64,000 nt of DNA from contig NIVC01000211.1 in NCBI GenBank assembly GCA_002269645.1, forward strand, positions 310,001-374,000. Direction: 5' to 3'. How positions within the stretch are numbered: position 1 is the first letter of the stretch; every line of letters begins with the position of its first letter. The notes under the pieces were generated by a model. That model was not told the origin of the DNA and made no database searches. It saw nothing but the letters and a program-made list of their open reading frames with translations. Below are positions 35,560-46,405 of the stretch, one piece after another. A program made the translations under genes and the position numbers. This DNA is from Macrostomum lignano. Lineage: Eukaryota.

Positions 35560-37098
35560 ATGGCTGAATCAGTTGATGGTGGAATCGAGGTCCGGTCCAT
35601 GCAAACGGTACTTGGCCTCGATGATGAAGGTATTCCAACCAGCGACACCTACAACGTTGTTGTGAAAGACCATGGAACAAAGTCTGGCATGAAATACGAC
35701 AGTGTCTGCATCACTCCGGCTGCTGAACTCACTTACGATGAGTTGCCTGAGAAGACACTGCAGGTGCTATTCACCAAGGAAGAGCAGCACGACGGACTCA
35801 GCTATGCAACCATTGCTGTCCATGAAACCCCGGTAGAGTACAATGAATCTACCACCATGTCGAGGATCGTCCACCTAAGAGGTAGCAAAAGATCGACTCT
35901 CGATGCGGATGGTCAAAAACAGGAAGGTGTGATCGCCTCCGACTCTGATACCCAAAACAGCATTCGATATGGACGCGTGCCTGATTCAGGTGGATCAAGT
36001 CAACAGTTCGGAGTCATGGAATCCAATCCCGAGGCTCACATGGGAATAAGGACAGGAGCTTCAAGCAACGACGAGCAAGAGGGCGTCTTCGCATCCGACC
36101 CTGAAGCTTTAAAGTACATCAAGTTCGGTCCGAAGCCTGGAGCGAAAGCCAGTGGAGCGTCGAGCAATGACGAGCAGGAGGGCATCTTTGCCTCAGACCC
36201 TGAAGCTCTAAAATACATCAAGTTCGGTCCGAAAGACGGTGCCTCGAGCAACGACGAGCAGGAAGGCATCTTTGCGTCGGACCCGGAGGCCATGAAGTAC
36301 ATCAAGTTAGGTCCGAAGCCTGGAGCAAAAGCTAGTGGAGTGTTGAGCATTGGCGAGCAAGAAGGCATCTTCGCGTCAGACCCCGAAGCTCTAAAGTTAA
36401 TCAAGTTCGGTCCGAAAGACGGTGCCTCGAACAACGACGAACAAGAGGGCGTCTTCGCATCCGACCCTGAAGCTTTAAAGTACATCAAGTTCGGTCCGAA
36501 GCCTGGAGCTAAAGTCGGTGGAGCGTCGAGCAATGACGAGCAAGAGGGCGTCTTCGCATCCGACCCTGAAGCTCTGAAGTACATCAAGTTTGGCCCGAAG
36601 CCCGGAACGTCAAGCAACGACGAGCCGGAGGGTATCTTTGCGTCAGATCCAGAAGCCCTGAAGTACATCAAGTTCGGTCCAAAACCTGAAGCTAAAGCCA
36701 CTGGAGCGTCAAGCAATGACAAGCAGGAAGGCATCTTTGCGTCCGACCCGGAGGATTTAAAGTACTTTAAGCTCAGTCCTGAGCCTGCAAAGCAAGAGGA
36801 GAATCCACCAAAGGATCAAAAAGTTGTAGAATTCGGTACGGAAGCCCAGTCGGCTACGCTTGAAGAAGGCGAATTTGTAGCCGAGGCGACTGGTGTGCAA
36901 CTCAAAGACGAAAAGACCTACACGGTGAGAGTCACTGGTCACGATCTGCCCTATGGCCAACAGAAGAAATTCATCTCCGTGCGCAGCGCCGACGGAAGCG
37001 GAGGCCTGACGCCCCAGGAGGTCGACAACTTGGATGTCAAAGTGGAAACTTGCGTTGGAGAAGACGGAATGGTGGAGAAGTTCGTTGTGGTTGAGTAG
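35560..37098 (+). CDS. Intronless 512-aa acidic protein with ~8 repeats of SSNDEQEG(V/I)FASDPEALKYIKFGPK; cadherin-like features
   Basis: Long ATG-initiated ORF. The repeat units differ at synonymous positions, which suggests it is coding. VIASDSDTQNSIRY resembles the cadherin A-x-D-x-D...I-x-Y motif. Confidence 0.7.
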   Translation: MAESVDGGIEVRSMQTVLGLDDEGIPTSDTYNVVVKDHGTKSGMKYDSVCITPAAELTYDELPEKTLQVLFTKEEQHDGLSYATIAVHETPVEYNESTTMSRIVHLRGSKRSTLDADGQKQEGVIASDSDTQNSIRYGRVPDSGGSSQQFGVMESNPEAHMGIRTGASSNDEQEGVFASDPEALKYIKFGPKPGAKASGASSNDEQEGIFASDPEALKYIKFGPKDGASSNDEQEGIFASDPEAMKYIKLGPKPGAKASGVLSIGEQEGIFASDPEALKLIKFGPKDGASNNDEQEGVFASDPEALKYIKFGPKPGAKVGGASSNDEQEGVFASDPEALKYIKFGPKPGTSSNDEPEGIFASDPEALKYIKFGPKPEAKATGASSNDKQEGIFASDPEDLKYFKLSPEPAKQEENPPKDQKVVEFGTEAQSATLEEGEFVAEATGVQLKDEKTYTVRVTGHDLPYGQQKKFISVRSADGSGGLTPQEVDNLDVKVETCVGEDGMVEKFVVVE

Positions 37099-37622
37099 GC
37101 CTTGTCTGGTTTGCTTCTGTGTGAGGGAGATTGTGTTGAAATCAAAACAAGCTTTTTTATTGTTTAACAACTGCATCTCGGAAAAATTACTGTACTCATT
37201 TTATTGTGTATGAATTAACAAAGATCTGACAGTCATCTAGTTTCAATCAATGTTTGGGGATCGAAAAAGTCCTTGAAAAATATACCAATCCAACAAAACA
37301 AAATCTAAAATGCTAAAATTTAAATATTTACCAATTAAGTGTTTTGTTTTAATCAGCAGATTGTTTCTAAGAGAAATCTTTGCGGCAATCCGTCCAGCTT
37401 TATCTGTATGCATCGGATCTGTGAATGCAGTGCTGGTTGCACGATAGCACATGCGCAGCTAGACCAATCGGAAGCCAAACGAGGATGACAAATTGTCAAA
37501 TTATTGGCTCCAAAAATGAGTAATAATTACTTGTAATTCTTCCATTCCGACGTGTCTCTTTATACAGTAAGTATGAGCACGATAGAAATTCTAGATTGCT
37601 GAAGCTTTAGATTGACAAAAAT

Positions 37623-38849
37623 ATGAATATGCTTGCTTTGACAATATTGATCGTTGGCTCGAGTTGCACTTCGGCATCCATCGTGGGTCTCGCCGACTAC
37701 GACAGACTGGACGCCTGTCCACTTGACGACCTGCCCGTTGATGGAGTACGGAAGCTGGATCCTCATCAACTGCCTGACCGAAGCATTGCTGGCTGCGTGC
37801 TGAGCTGCCACACGACAGAGAGCTGTGCAGCTGCCAGCATGGTCGCTGAGCATCGCTGGTGTCTGCTGGCGACTGCCGAGGCCTTCCTCACTGCATGGCT
37901 GCACGGACACGGCCAGTGCGACTCGTTTGTGAACAGGCGGAGGCTGGCAAAGTTCCAGCAGGGTGAGAAGTCATGAGTGACTGCAGTTGTGCCCAGTTCA
38001 TTCACTGGCGAGTCCATGCAGGCATCGATGTGCTCATATCGCTATATCGTTATCGAATTGCAGCTCACACGACCGACCTGCCCAGCAGCATCGCGGTGAG
38101 CTCGCTGCGGATTCTGTACCACTTCCGTGTGGGCTCGTTCAACCTGGCGCCTGTGCACCGGAATCCGCACACTCCGGTGCTCGTGTCGGCTGTGCTCAAC
38201 CGGTCTGCGGGCGCGTTCGTGACGGGAGAGTCTGGCTCCTTCATCGGTGTGAGCACGGCCGACGGAATCGAGGACCTGTTTGTGCCCAAGCCCAACGTGA
38301 CCGTGTTCATGCGAGCCAAGTTCGACTTCAATGGAGAGTGAGTAAGTATTTACGAATAGCGCTTTTTAATCTTTTTACAACTAACGTATTTCATTCTTTC
38401 TTATTTTCAGCGAGAATTCTAGTGTAGTTTTTCGCTTTTCAAGATGTCGGAACTTCAGAAAAGGGATGGTAGCCAGACTAAAGAACGATGGCAGCATTGT
38501 GTATCGGTATGTGGAGCACAGGAATATGCAACTTTTAAGATTTGCCCATTGTAAGGCGACTTCAAACGGACGATTTGTCGGACTTGGCTTCACATTTAGA
38601 AAACGCGATTTGCTGCACTACTTCAACAGAAGCCTGGAGCACAAAACTGCTAAAGTATTGAACTCGACACATGAGGGCAGGCGTGGTAATTTCAGGTGCC
38701 TCAGTCTTGGCAACGAACGTCGTAATTCACTTCGCAACTTTAAAGGCTTCATCGAGTGCTTCGCTATTGCCCAAGGTCTGATGAACTTGAAGCAGCTGGA
38801 TGCTCTTGATGACTGGTGCACCGGAAAAAATAGACAGCTGCAGATCTGA
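37623..38849 (+). CDS. Secreted PAN/Apple + LamG-like protein, copy B: join(37623..37962,38064..38337,38411..38849), 350 aa
   Basis: Same exon structure as copy A (exon 2 is 274 bp); ends FKGFIECFAIAQGLMNLKQLDAL. Confidence 0.8.
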
Positions 38850-39750
38850 ATACGAGCGTATTAACAAATTTTATCACTTGATGACTAACTATCAATTCTT
38901 GATAAACAAGTTTAATATACTTTAGAGAACTAAAAATAACACTCATTTAACCAATTATAATGTTTTTTATTAATTGTTATTTAAAAATGTTTTTTAAAGT
39001 AACGGCTAGGATCAGTTATGATCATTTCCTGTAAAGAAGCAAGGTACTGATTGCAACAATTGTGGCCTACAGGCAATCTGCTGTCAATGTCTGTCACCAC
39101 TCGAAGCAATATGCTCTGTTTGCCATTTGTCAATAGTAAATCTACATTTACCTGCATAGGAATTACAAGAAATGCAAATTTATGCAATTTTCAATGCTTC
39201 AATCTTATGCTGAAATTGATCAGCACGTGGCAGTCTCGAACCATTTATGCAAAGGAAATTCAAGACAAAGCATTTATGCAAAATTAAAAAATATGCTTTT
39301 GGCAAAAGCTGTGCGGTCTAGAGATAAAAAATAACTTGAAGATTTTAATTGGATCCTTGCTAGACATGCGCAGGCAGACAAGCGCTATCTATATGCTTTC
39401 TATTTGAGGAACAATCAAAATGAGTAAGGTCGACCTGGAGAATGAGGAGGAGGATCAGCCAAACTATTCTCTAATCTTCAAGAAAAATACCACCTGCTGC
39501 AAATCGCTCCTAGGAACAAACGGCTGATAGAATTGGCTTCGATAATTAGTGAATGTGTCAAGAAGGCCGGGTCGCTGGTTATTTTAGACATTATAGCTAG
39601 AGTAGTATTGCAGCTTTTATTGCGTGGTTACATGTACTCATATACATGTACGAGGCTCGTAGAACTAAAATAAACAAATGATACAATGTGCATGCAATGT
39701 ACACGATTAAGAGCTTACTATGAATATAGCTATTAGCTGAGCAAGAATGG

Positions 39751-40275
39751 GTGTGTGTGACTGCAGCTGTGCCCATGCAGTGTGTGACTGCAGCTGTGCC
39801 TATGCAGTGCGTGACTGCAGCTGTGCCCATGTAGTGCGTGACTGCAGCTGTGCCCATGCAGTGAGTGACTGCAGCTGTGCCCTTGTAGTGCGTGACTGCA
39901 GCTGTGCCCATGCAGTGCGTGACTGCAGCTGTGCCCTTGCAGTGCGTGACTGCAGCTGTGCCCATGCAGTGTGTGACTGCAGCTGTGCCTATGCAGTGTG
40001 TGACTGCAGCTGTGCCCTTGCAGTGCGTGACTGCAGCTGTGCCCATGCAGTGTGTGACTGCAGCTGTGCCTATGCAGTGTGTGACTGCAGCTGTGCCCAT
40101 GCAGTGCGTGACTGCAGCTGTGCCCTTGCAGTGCGTGACTGCAGCTGTGCCCATGCAGTGTGTGACTGCAGCTGTGCCTATGCAGTGTGTGACTGCAGCT
40201 GTGCCCATGCAGTGTGTGACTGCAGCTGTGCCCATGCAGTGTGTGACTGCAGCTGTGCCCATGCAGTGCGTGACT
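39751..40275. repeat. 27-bp minisatellite (GTGACTGCAGCTGTGCCCATGCAGTG[C/T]), about 19 copies
   Basis: Read directly; same unit as in intron 1 of the PAN-LamG genes. Confidence 0.95.
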
Positions 40276-40333
40276 ATTAAGTTAATAGACAGTAGAATGC
40301 ATGAGGGGGCTTCTGGGACAAAATTTTTCACGT

Positions 40334-40630
40334 CCTCCATAATCCACCTAAATCCATCCATATTATCCCTGACAGAATCAGAAAAAAAGGGGGGTCGCAC
40401 TTGCTCCGAAAACGTCCTCCATAATCCCATTAAATCCATCCATATTATCCCCGACAGAATCATAAAAAAGGGGGGTCGCACTCGCTCACAAAACGTCCTC
40501 CATAATTCACCTAAATCCATCCATATTATCCCTGACAGAATCATGAAAAAGGGGAGGGGCCGCACTTGCTCCGAAAACTTCGAACATAATCCCATTAAAT
40601 CCATCCATATTATCCCTGACAGAATCAGAG
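40334..40630. repeat. ~82-bp subterminal tandem repeat (about 4 units) inside the Polinton TIR; mirrored at ~56330-56630
   Basis: CATAAT unit starts at 40338, 40420, 40501 and 40585. Confidence 0.9.
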
Positions 40631-40832
40631 CAGGTGTCCACTGATACCTGTTATGCTCACTGACACTGACATAATCCACTGACATCCACCCATAGCATTT
40701 TCGAAACAATAAGAAAATAATCTGCATTCTTCTTCCCACATTCAATTTGCAACGCGAAACCAGATCCCTAAAACTTTAAATCATCAGCGCAGGGTCCTTA
40801 CCCATTGAAAAAAATCTAATTTTTCTCTAAAA

Positions 40833-41072
40833 ATGTTTCCAGTTGTCTCTCCAGGTTCTTATTACAAAGCGCACGAGCCTAATTACAAGAGTAAGTACCA
40901 ATGCAAGAAGGAATGCAGCGAGTACATGAGAAAATATTGGCCCGATGTTGATATCAATGCCCCTAATATTAATCTAGCTCTTCAAAGACACTGGTTTCAT
41001 AAGTACGGAGTAACCTGCGTAAAAGATTACGACAGCTATTATAACTTTGCAGAAGTTATAAGGCAGTTGTAG
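40833..41072 (+). CDS. 79-aa RNase T2-like fragment inside the left TIR
   Basis: MRKYWPDV....PN....LQRHWFHKYGVTC resembles the RNase T2 segment MR.YWPDV....PN...FWKHEWEKHGTC. Confidence 0.5.
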   Translation: MFPVVSPGSYYKAHEPNYKSKYQCKKECSEYMRKYWPDVDINAPNINLALQRHWFHKYGVTCVKDYDSYYNFAEVIRQL

Positions 41073-41131
41073 TAGCCAACTACAAGGTTGTACCTGGCGG
41101 CTTATATCAATGTTACAAGTCTGAAGACGAC

Positions 41132-41989
41132 TCACATTCTCTCAATAATAATTGTTAGCACAAACTCTTCCCCGTTAAAATCGACACCAACTCCATCCGC
41201 TGTTTCAAACTGCAGAACGATTTCATGTATCTCTCTATTACTCAGAATCACTCTTTTCACGGGGTTTGGCTTTTGCACAAGCATTTTGCCACCAGCAACA
41301 GAGTTTGAAATGTTAAAAAGTATGTTGGTTCGTTTGCCCTTGAATATCCAATCATGGCTCAGATTGCTGCGAATTAATATATTCAAGCCTTTGACAATGT
41401 CAGCGATATTTGGCGCCAAGTACATACCGGATATTAGCCGGGACACAGCAACAGTGCCAGGCGCCTGCGGCGGGCTTTGGTCTGTGGCGCCACCATAAAC
41501 TCTCTTTTCAAATCCCAACTCGCGATACCAAGTGCCATCTTTAAACTCTACCTCTGCGTCCTTATGAACTTGCAAGACAACTCTCATGACAGTTAGATCA
41601 TAAGTTAATCTAACAGGGAACAGTTTATTTTCTGGTTTGCTTTCATCCGGTATCTCAAAATGCTTTCGTTTAGTGAAGACGTTCTCCAAGAAGTAATTAT
41701 AAGTATCCACGCTCTGTGTGCTGACAGGAAATATCACAACCTCTGTTGTAGTACGCTTCCATTTGTAATAAAACTTGTTATTTTCCGCTGTCACATTGGG
41801 AACATTTGACCACCCAGTGAAATCATTGAGATAGACGTGGTAATTCGCCTCGGGATCCAAACGAAGTGGTTGCTCCAATTTTTGAATGAAGATTCCGTTT
41901 GACTCAGTAATGCGACCCGCTACAGTGATTGGAATGCTCTCCTTAGAGTGTGAAACAATGTTGTTCAGTCTTTCGGCTATGGCTTCCAT
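41132..41989 (-). CDS. Minor capsid (penton-like) protein, 285 aa
   Basis: PLRLD...YHVYL...WSNVPNVTAENNKFYY matches the Polinton penton N-terminal pattern; directly follows the MCP. Confidence 0.8.
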   Translation of the reverse strand: MEAIAERLNNIVSHSKESIPITVAGRITESNGIFIQKLEQPLRLDPEANYHVYLNDFTGWSNVPNVTAENNKFYYKWKRTTTEVVIFPVSTQSVDTYNYFLENVFTKRKHFEIPDESKPENKLFPVRLTYDLTVMRVVLQVHKDAEVEFKDGTWYRELGFEKRVYGGATDQSPPQAPGTVAVSRLISGMYLAPNIADIVKGLNILIRSNLSHDWIFKGKRTNILFNISNSVAGGKMLVQKPNPVKRVILSNREIHEIVLQFETADGVGVDFNGEEFVLTIIIERM

Positions 41990-42010
41990 TTTTTTATTGA
42001 AAAAAATTAT

Positions 42011-43306
42011 TCAAACTTTACTAGACAAGTTATTGATCATATTGACCTTGATCTTCCTCTCAAATGCATAGATAATAAACAGATCAACAGCCGTTGCGGC
42101 ACCAAATTCTTTCCGCTCGATATTAGTCACAATGTTAACAGGGCTATTGTCTGTAGGCATTTGTCTAGCAGTCACATCAACACCAAATATTGGATATAGT
42201 TTTTTATACTGCAAGGTTGTCAAAACAATACCGTTATTCTCTTTGACAGCCAGGTCCGACAGTTCATTGTAAAACTTACTAATCTTGTTCTCCGAGAAAT
42301 TCCCATTTTGTGGCAATGCAGGGTATAAATTGTCACTGATCTCATGTTGAATCGATCGAACGTTTCCATGTAGATATCTACCTACATTAGTCGTACTCCT
42401 CATAGTGACGATAATGTACCTTGGATTGCTATAGGAGCCTTCTTTAATGCAAATATTGTGTCTTGCGTCATTGCGCTCATCTCTGCACATATAAGCTGTA
42501 TAAGCAACATCAATGTCTTTCTCAATCGCCTTCAAGTATTCAGCTTTGAGTGCAGTCTTGGGCTCAATAATTTCTAAGTACAGCTCCACGCTAGTTAGCT
42601 TAATCTCCATCGATGTATGATTGGCCCCCGACCAAATTCCTCTGTTCCGATCATCTCTAGTCAGTCTAAATGTGTAGCTAAAGTTGCTTGTCAACCGATT
42701 GAAACTATTACAGAAACCACTCATAAACCTCAAAGGTACAAAAATATCTACAGACCTAAACAACGGATTCTTAGCAGCATCGTTCTCACCAGCAAGAGCA
42801 TAGTTGTATCTCTCCTTTCTCTTTTTGTAACCAGGGTCATTCTCATCTCCTGTCTGTTCATTGGGGATGAATCCAGCACCGCTCCCCATCTGAATAAAAT
42901 CCGGGTTCTCAATCAAGCATTGGGTATCATAGACCACACCAAAGTTTGCTATTCTTTCCAATTCTGTACTTCCATTGGACACAATAAACTCTTTGAGCAT
43001 ATAAGCCCAGAAATTACTGGTTAGTGCGACATCCGCATTGTGTAGATCATCATTAGCATGAGCGGCGTCTGCGCCTCCTTTAGTTTTGAATTGATACGTC
43101 ATATAGAAGCCGCTCCTTAGACTGTGGACACTGACCAAAGACGAACATCCGTTGTATGTGAATGTCAGCGTTTGACCTGGACCCAAATTAGTTTCATTCT
43201 GATTTTCCTGACTGGGAACTCTTACCTGAGTCGCTTTGATTGTGCTATCATCACTCAAAATAGGCTTGTTAATTTTGTAGAAAACTAGAGTCAGTGGGTC
43301 GTTCAT
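42011..43306 (-). CDS. Double jelly-roll major capsid protein, 431 aa
   Basis: Size and position fit; beta-rich; LTSNFWAYMLKEFIVSNGSTELERI, VPLRFMSGF and IFGVDVT are typical of Polinton MCPs. Confidence 0.82.
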   Translation of the reverse strand: MNDPLTLVFYKINKPILSDDSTIKATQVRVPSQENQNETNLGPGQTLTFTYNGCSSLVSVHSLRSGFYMTYQFKTKGGADAAHANDDLHNADVALTSNFWAYMLKEFIVSNGSTELERIANFGVVYDTQCLIENPDFIQMGSGAGFIPNEQTGDENDPGYKKRKERYNYALAGENDAAKNPLFRSVDIFVPLRFMSGFCNSFNRLTSNFSYTFRLTRDDRNRGIWSGANHTSMEIKLTSVELYLEIIEPKTALKAEYLKAIEKDIDVAYTAYMCRDERNDARHNICIKEGSYSNPRYIIVTMRSTTNVGRYLHGNVRSIQHEISDNLYPALPQNGNFSENKISKFYNELSDLAVKENNGIVLTTLQYKKLYPIFGVDVTARQMPTDNSPVNIVTNIERKEFGAATAVDLFIIYAFERKIKVNMINNLSSKV

Positions 43307-43338
43307 TTTTTTTAACTAAAAATAAAATAAAATAAGAA

Positions 43339-43851
43339 ATGAAGCGAAAAAGTACACAGCAGATATCTGAATTGGAGAAGCTAGCACAAGCAGAGAAACG
43401 AGTTACCGGACTAATAAATAAGGAGCAACAATCCTACAATGAGTTTGTCCAAGCAGCCACAGAGTTTCATAAGCCTGGGTATGGAGAAGCTAAGAAAAAT
43501 ATTGATCAAGTCAAAGAAACTATCGACGACATACAGGAAACCCAAGTGCAAAAGGTTTTGGGCAAAATTCCAGAAGCACCACAGATACAACCGCAGCGAC
43601 AGATACAGCCACAACCACAACAATCACAACAACAACAATCACAACCACAACAACAGCAACTAAAAGTGACAGATAACATTTTTGGACCAGTAGAGCGTGT
43701 AGAACATGATGGGAAATATGTATTTGGAATAAGTATGTGGAGAAAAAATATTTATAATGAACCAGTGAATAATATATCAACATTAAGGAAAATATTTCTG
43801 TTGTCAAAGGCTCAGAAACTAAGAGCATTCCTTTCACAGAAACCTTACTGA
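43339..43851 (+). CDS. Polinton hypothetical protein, Gln-rich, 170 aa
   Basis: ATG after an A-rich leader; divergent from the MCP; no recognised domain. Confidence 0.6.
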   Translation: MKRKSTQQISELEKLAQAEKRVTGLINKEQQSYNEFVQAATEFHKPGYGEAKKNIDQVKETIDDIQETQVQKVLGKIPEAPQIQPQRQIQPQPQQSQQQQSQPQQQQLKVTDNIFGPVERVEHDGKYVFGISMWRKNIYNEPVNNISTLRKIFLLSKAQKLRAFLSQKPY

Positions 43852-43856
43852 ATTTT

Positions 43857-44082
43857 ATGACTAAGAACCAAGAGAGAATCTCGGACAAGCTGCTAAAGAA
43901 CTACAAAGATCTAGTGACTTTTTCTCTTGCTAGAGATATAGAAATACTAAAGGTCCCAGAAGTTCTGAAACACATGTACGATAGCGGTGTCAACCTGACT
44001 AGATTCAAAAAGTACAAGCACATCAAAGTATGGTTCGGTTTGCCAGATCAGGGGGAAGTCATTGATCAGATGAAATATCTAG

Positions 44083-44117
<35 letters not shown>

Positions 44118-44579
44118 CCACAACCACAGCAACAACATTTTACAGAAGTACTCAGGCAACTGGAAAATGCAGATCCGACTCAAGTAGCTAAATATAAAAA
44201 TGATCACCCAGATGCCTGGCAACGCTTAGAACAACACTCTCCAGATCGAATGAATAGAATCAATCAAAGAGTTTTCACACCTCAACAAAGACAGGCACCA
44301 CATGACAGTTCCATCTCTGAAAGCGAGCAGTCTTTTGCGTCACCTCCCCAGCAGCTACAAGCCCAACCGACTCCACAACCCCAAGACCAACCGCCCTCAA
44401 CTGGAAAAGGAATTTCTGAAATCTACAAACGAGTAGCGGTTCTTCTAGGAGCGGCAAAGACCGGAATGAAAGATGAAAATAGAAAAGAATTTGTCAACAT
44501 CCTGGACAAAATGCTTGAGAGAAAATACATCGATAAGAGGGCGAGAGAGCTTCTGCTTTCGCGGTTCAACAAAAAATAA
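43857..44579 (+). CDS. Polinton conserved hypothetical protein, 240 aa
   Basis: The C-terminal KRVAVLLGAAKTG....RKEFVNILDKMLE resembles the RL.LL....AGN...EI..I.D.L motif common in Polinton ORFs; contains poly-Q. Confidence 0.65.
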
Positions 44580-44595
44580 TTTATTTCAAGTAAAA

Positions 44596-44937
44596 ATGCC
44601 GATTATTTTTGAGAAAGACGTGGACAAATACTATGACAAAGAGGAACTTAATCTTATTAAACGCGGATCTGGACTTTTCCCTGCAGGCCACTATCCAAGA
44701 AAAGAACGCTCTGGGAATGGCCTTGCCGATTTGATCGCTCAGGGGGCCAAGATTTTTAAGGTCATTGGAGAGAACAAAGAGAACATCAAGAATGTTGCCG
44801 AAGCGGCTGGCAGTGTAGCCACAGCAGCCAAAAAGATAAAGGATACTGTAACACCTAAACAAGAGATTCAGCCTCCACTAGCCCCGCTGGCTCCACTGAC
44901 CCCAAATCCAGACAGTGTGGACCCTGCAGTCTATTAG
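44596..44937 (+). CDS. Small putative virion core or membrane-lytic protein, 113 aa
   Basis: ATG at 44596 after TAAAA; RGSG|L and SGNG|L precede the amphipathic helix LADLIAQGAKIFKVI. Confidence 0.55.
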   Translation: MPIIFEKDVDKYYDKEELNLIKRGSGLFPAGHYPRKERSGNGLADLIAQGAKIFKVIGENKENIKNVAEAAGSVATAAKKIKDTVTPKQEIQPPLAPLAPLTPNPDSVDPAVY

Positions 44938-45025
44938 AAGATGAGAGCTAGCATTAAAAAAGGAAGTGGTTTCAAATTTGACTAAAGGGTACTTTCCGAG
45001 GGTACAAGAAATGTAAAGGTACAAG

Positions 45026-45135
45026 ACTAGTCCCAAAATGACATACCTAAGTCCCGAAATGACACATCTAAGTCCCAAAATGACACATCTAAGTCCCGAA
45101 ATGACACATCTAAGTCCCAAAATGACACATCTTCT
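45026..45135. repeat. 21-bp tandem repeat (AAGTCCCAAAATGACACATCT), 5 copies, intergenic in the Polinton
   Basis: Read directly. Confidence 0.9.
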
Positions 45136-45175
45136 AAATTATTTATTATTAAAAAAATTTTCATCATAGAAAAAA

Positions 45176-45976
45176 ATGGACTTTTCAAACGACTTCAATC
45201 CTCACTGGACACGTAATCAGATTAAGTTTTCTCATCACGAGTCAATCCCAAGTCACTTCAGATGCATTGTTGTTGGTTCATCAGGTTCAGGTAAAACATT
45301 CAGAGTCTTTAACATGCTTCTTAGACCTGGCTTTATCGACTATGACACTCTGCACATCTACTCTCCCACACTGTATCAAGATGAGTATAAAATGCTGATT
45401 TCTGGATTGCAAAACAAACTGAACAAAGAGGACATTATTCAATGTTTTAATAACCAACAAAACCTTCCCAGCAACCCAGAAATTGTAGCTGCTGAATATG
45501 CAAAGCACCTCAAAGACAATGAAAAATGGCAGAACATTAAAGTGTTCACCTATGGAGATCCACAGGCTGATCCAAAGACCAAACTTCTACCCCAACCAGA
45601 TGAGCTAGAAAAAGGGAGAAAGCATTTGATCGTCTTTGATGATTGTATGACAGGCCCACAGAAGCAGATAGAAAACTATTTTACAAGAGGACGACATAAC
45701 AATTGTAATGTAATTTAGATTGCACAGAACTGGTTCGAGCTCCCGAACAAAACAATTCGTGGGAACTGTAATCTGATTCTCCTGTTTCCAACCATTCCAC
45801 AGGATAGGCTAAAAAGATTTTACAATGAGGTCATTGCGCCAGCCTATTTTATAAATCCAACAAAAAACTCAAACAGAAAGATTTCACAGGAGGAATTCGT
45901 TAACCTCTGCTTCGAAAAGTGGAACCAACCCTATCAGTTTGTCGTGATCAACAAGGAAAAAAGAACTGTAATCTAA
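45176..45976 (+). CDS. A32/FtsK-HerA packaging ATPase with an in-frame TAG at 45716-45718
   Basis: Walker A GSSGSGKT, Walker B LIVFDD, TRGRH. The frame resumes after the stop with IAQNWFELPNKTIRGNCNLILLF...WNQPYQFVVI. Confidence 0.9.
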
Positions 45977-46405
45977 AATTTGCTATTAAAAGATGTCTAT
46001 TAATTTTGCAGGTGAATCCATTTCTGGCAACAGCGCTCTTACATCAGCTCAGATATCCATCCTTGAAGGCGATATATCAACAGCGACGAAAAGATCCCAG
46101 AGATCAAACTGAATAAAAACAGACTGAAAGCCCTAGAGCGCTCCATGCACCAGTTGCAAATAAACATGGAAGATCTCAGGCTTAAAGTAGCTAGGCAGAA
46201 GTTTGAAAGTGATAAGCTTTTTGTTGCTCATATTGAGGTGCACTAGGTGCTGTGGGAGCATTTGGATCATAAAGAGAATTTTGAGCATCCATTTTTAGAG
46301 AATTTTTAAAAAAAATTGACAACTAGTTGGTGGTGGTTAGATTTGTTTTACGTTTGATTGTTTCGTCTGCAGTTGGCGCCAGCAGGTCTCTTCGAATCTA
46401 CCTTT

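Noticed and set aside
36036-36734. 232-aa minus-strand ORF
   Set aside because: It is the antisense shadow of the 512-aa repeat gene.
39597-40745. Cys-rich ORFs resembling metallothionein or keratin-associated proteins (also 59083-59748)
   Set aside because: All frames of the 27-bp minisatellite are open, and the same unit is intronic in the PAN-LamG genes.
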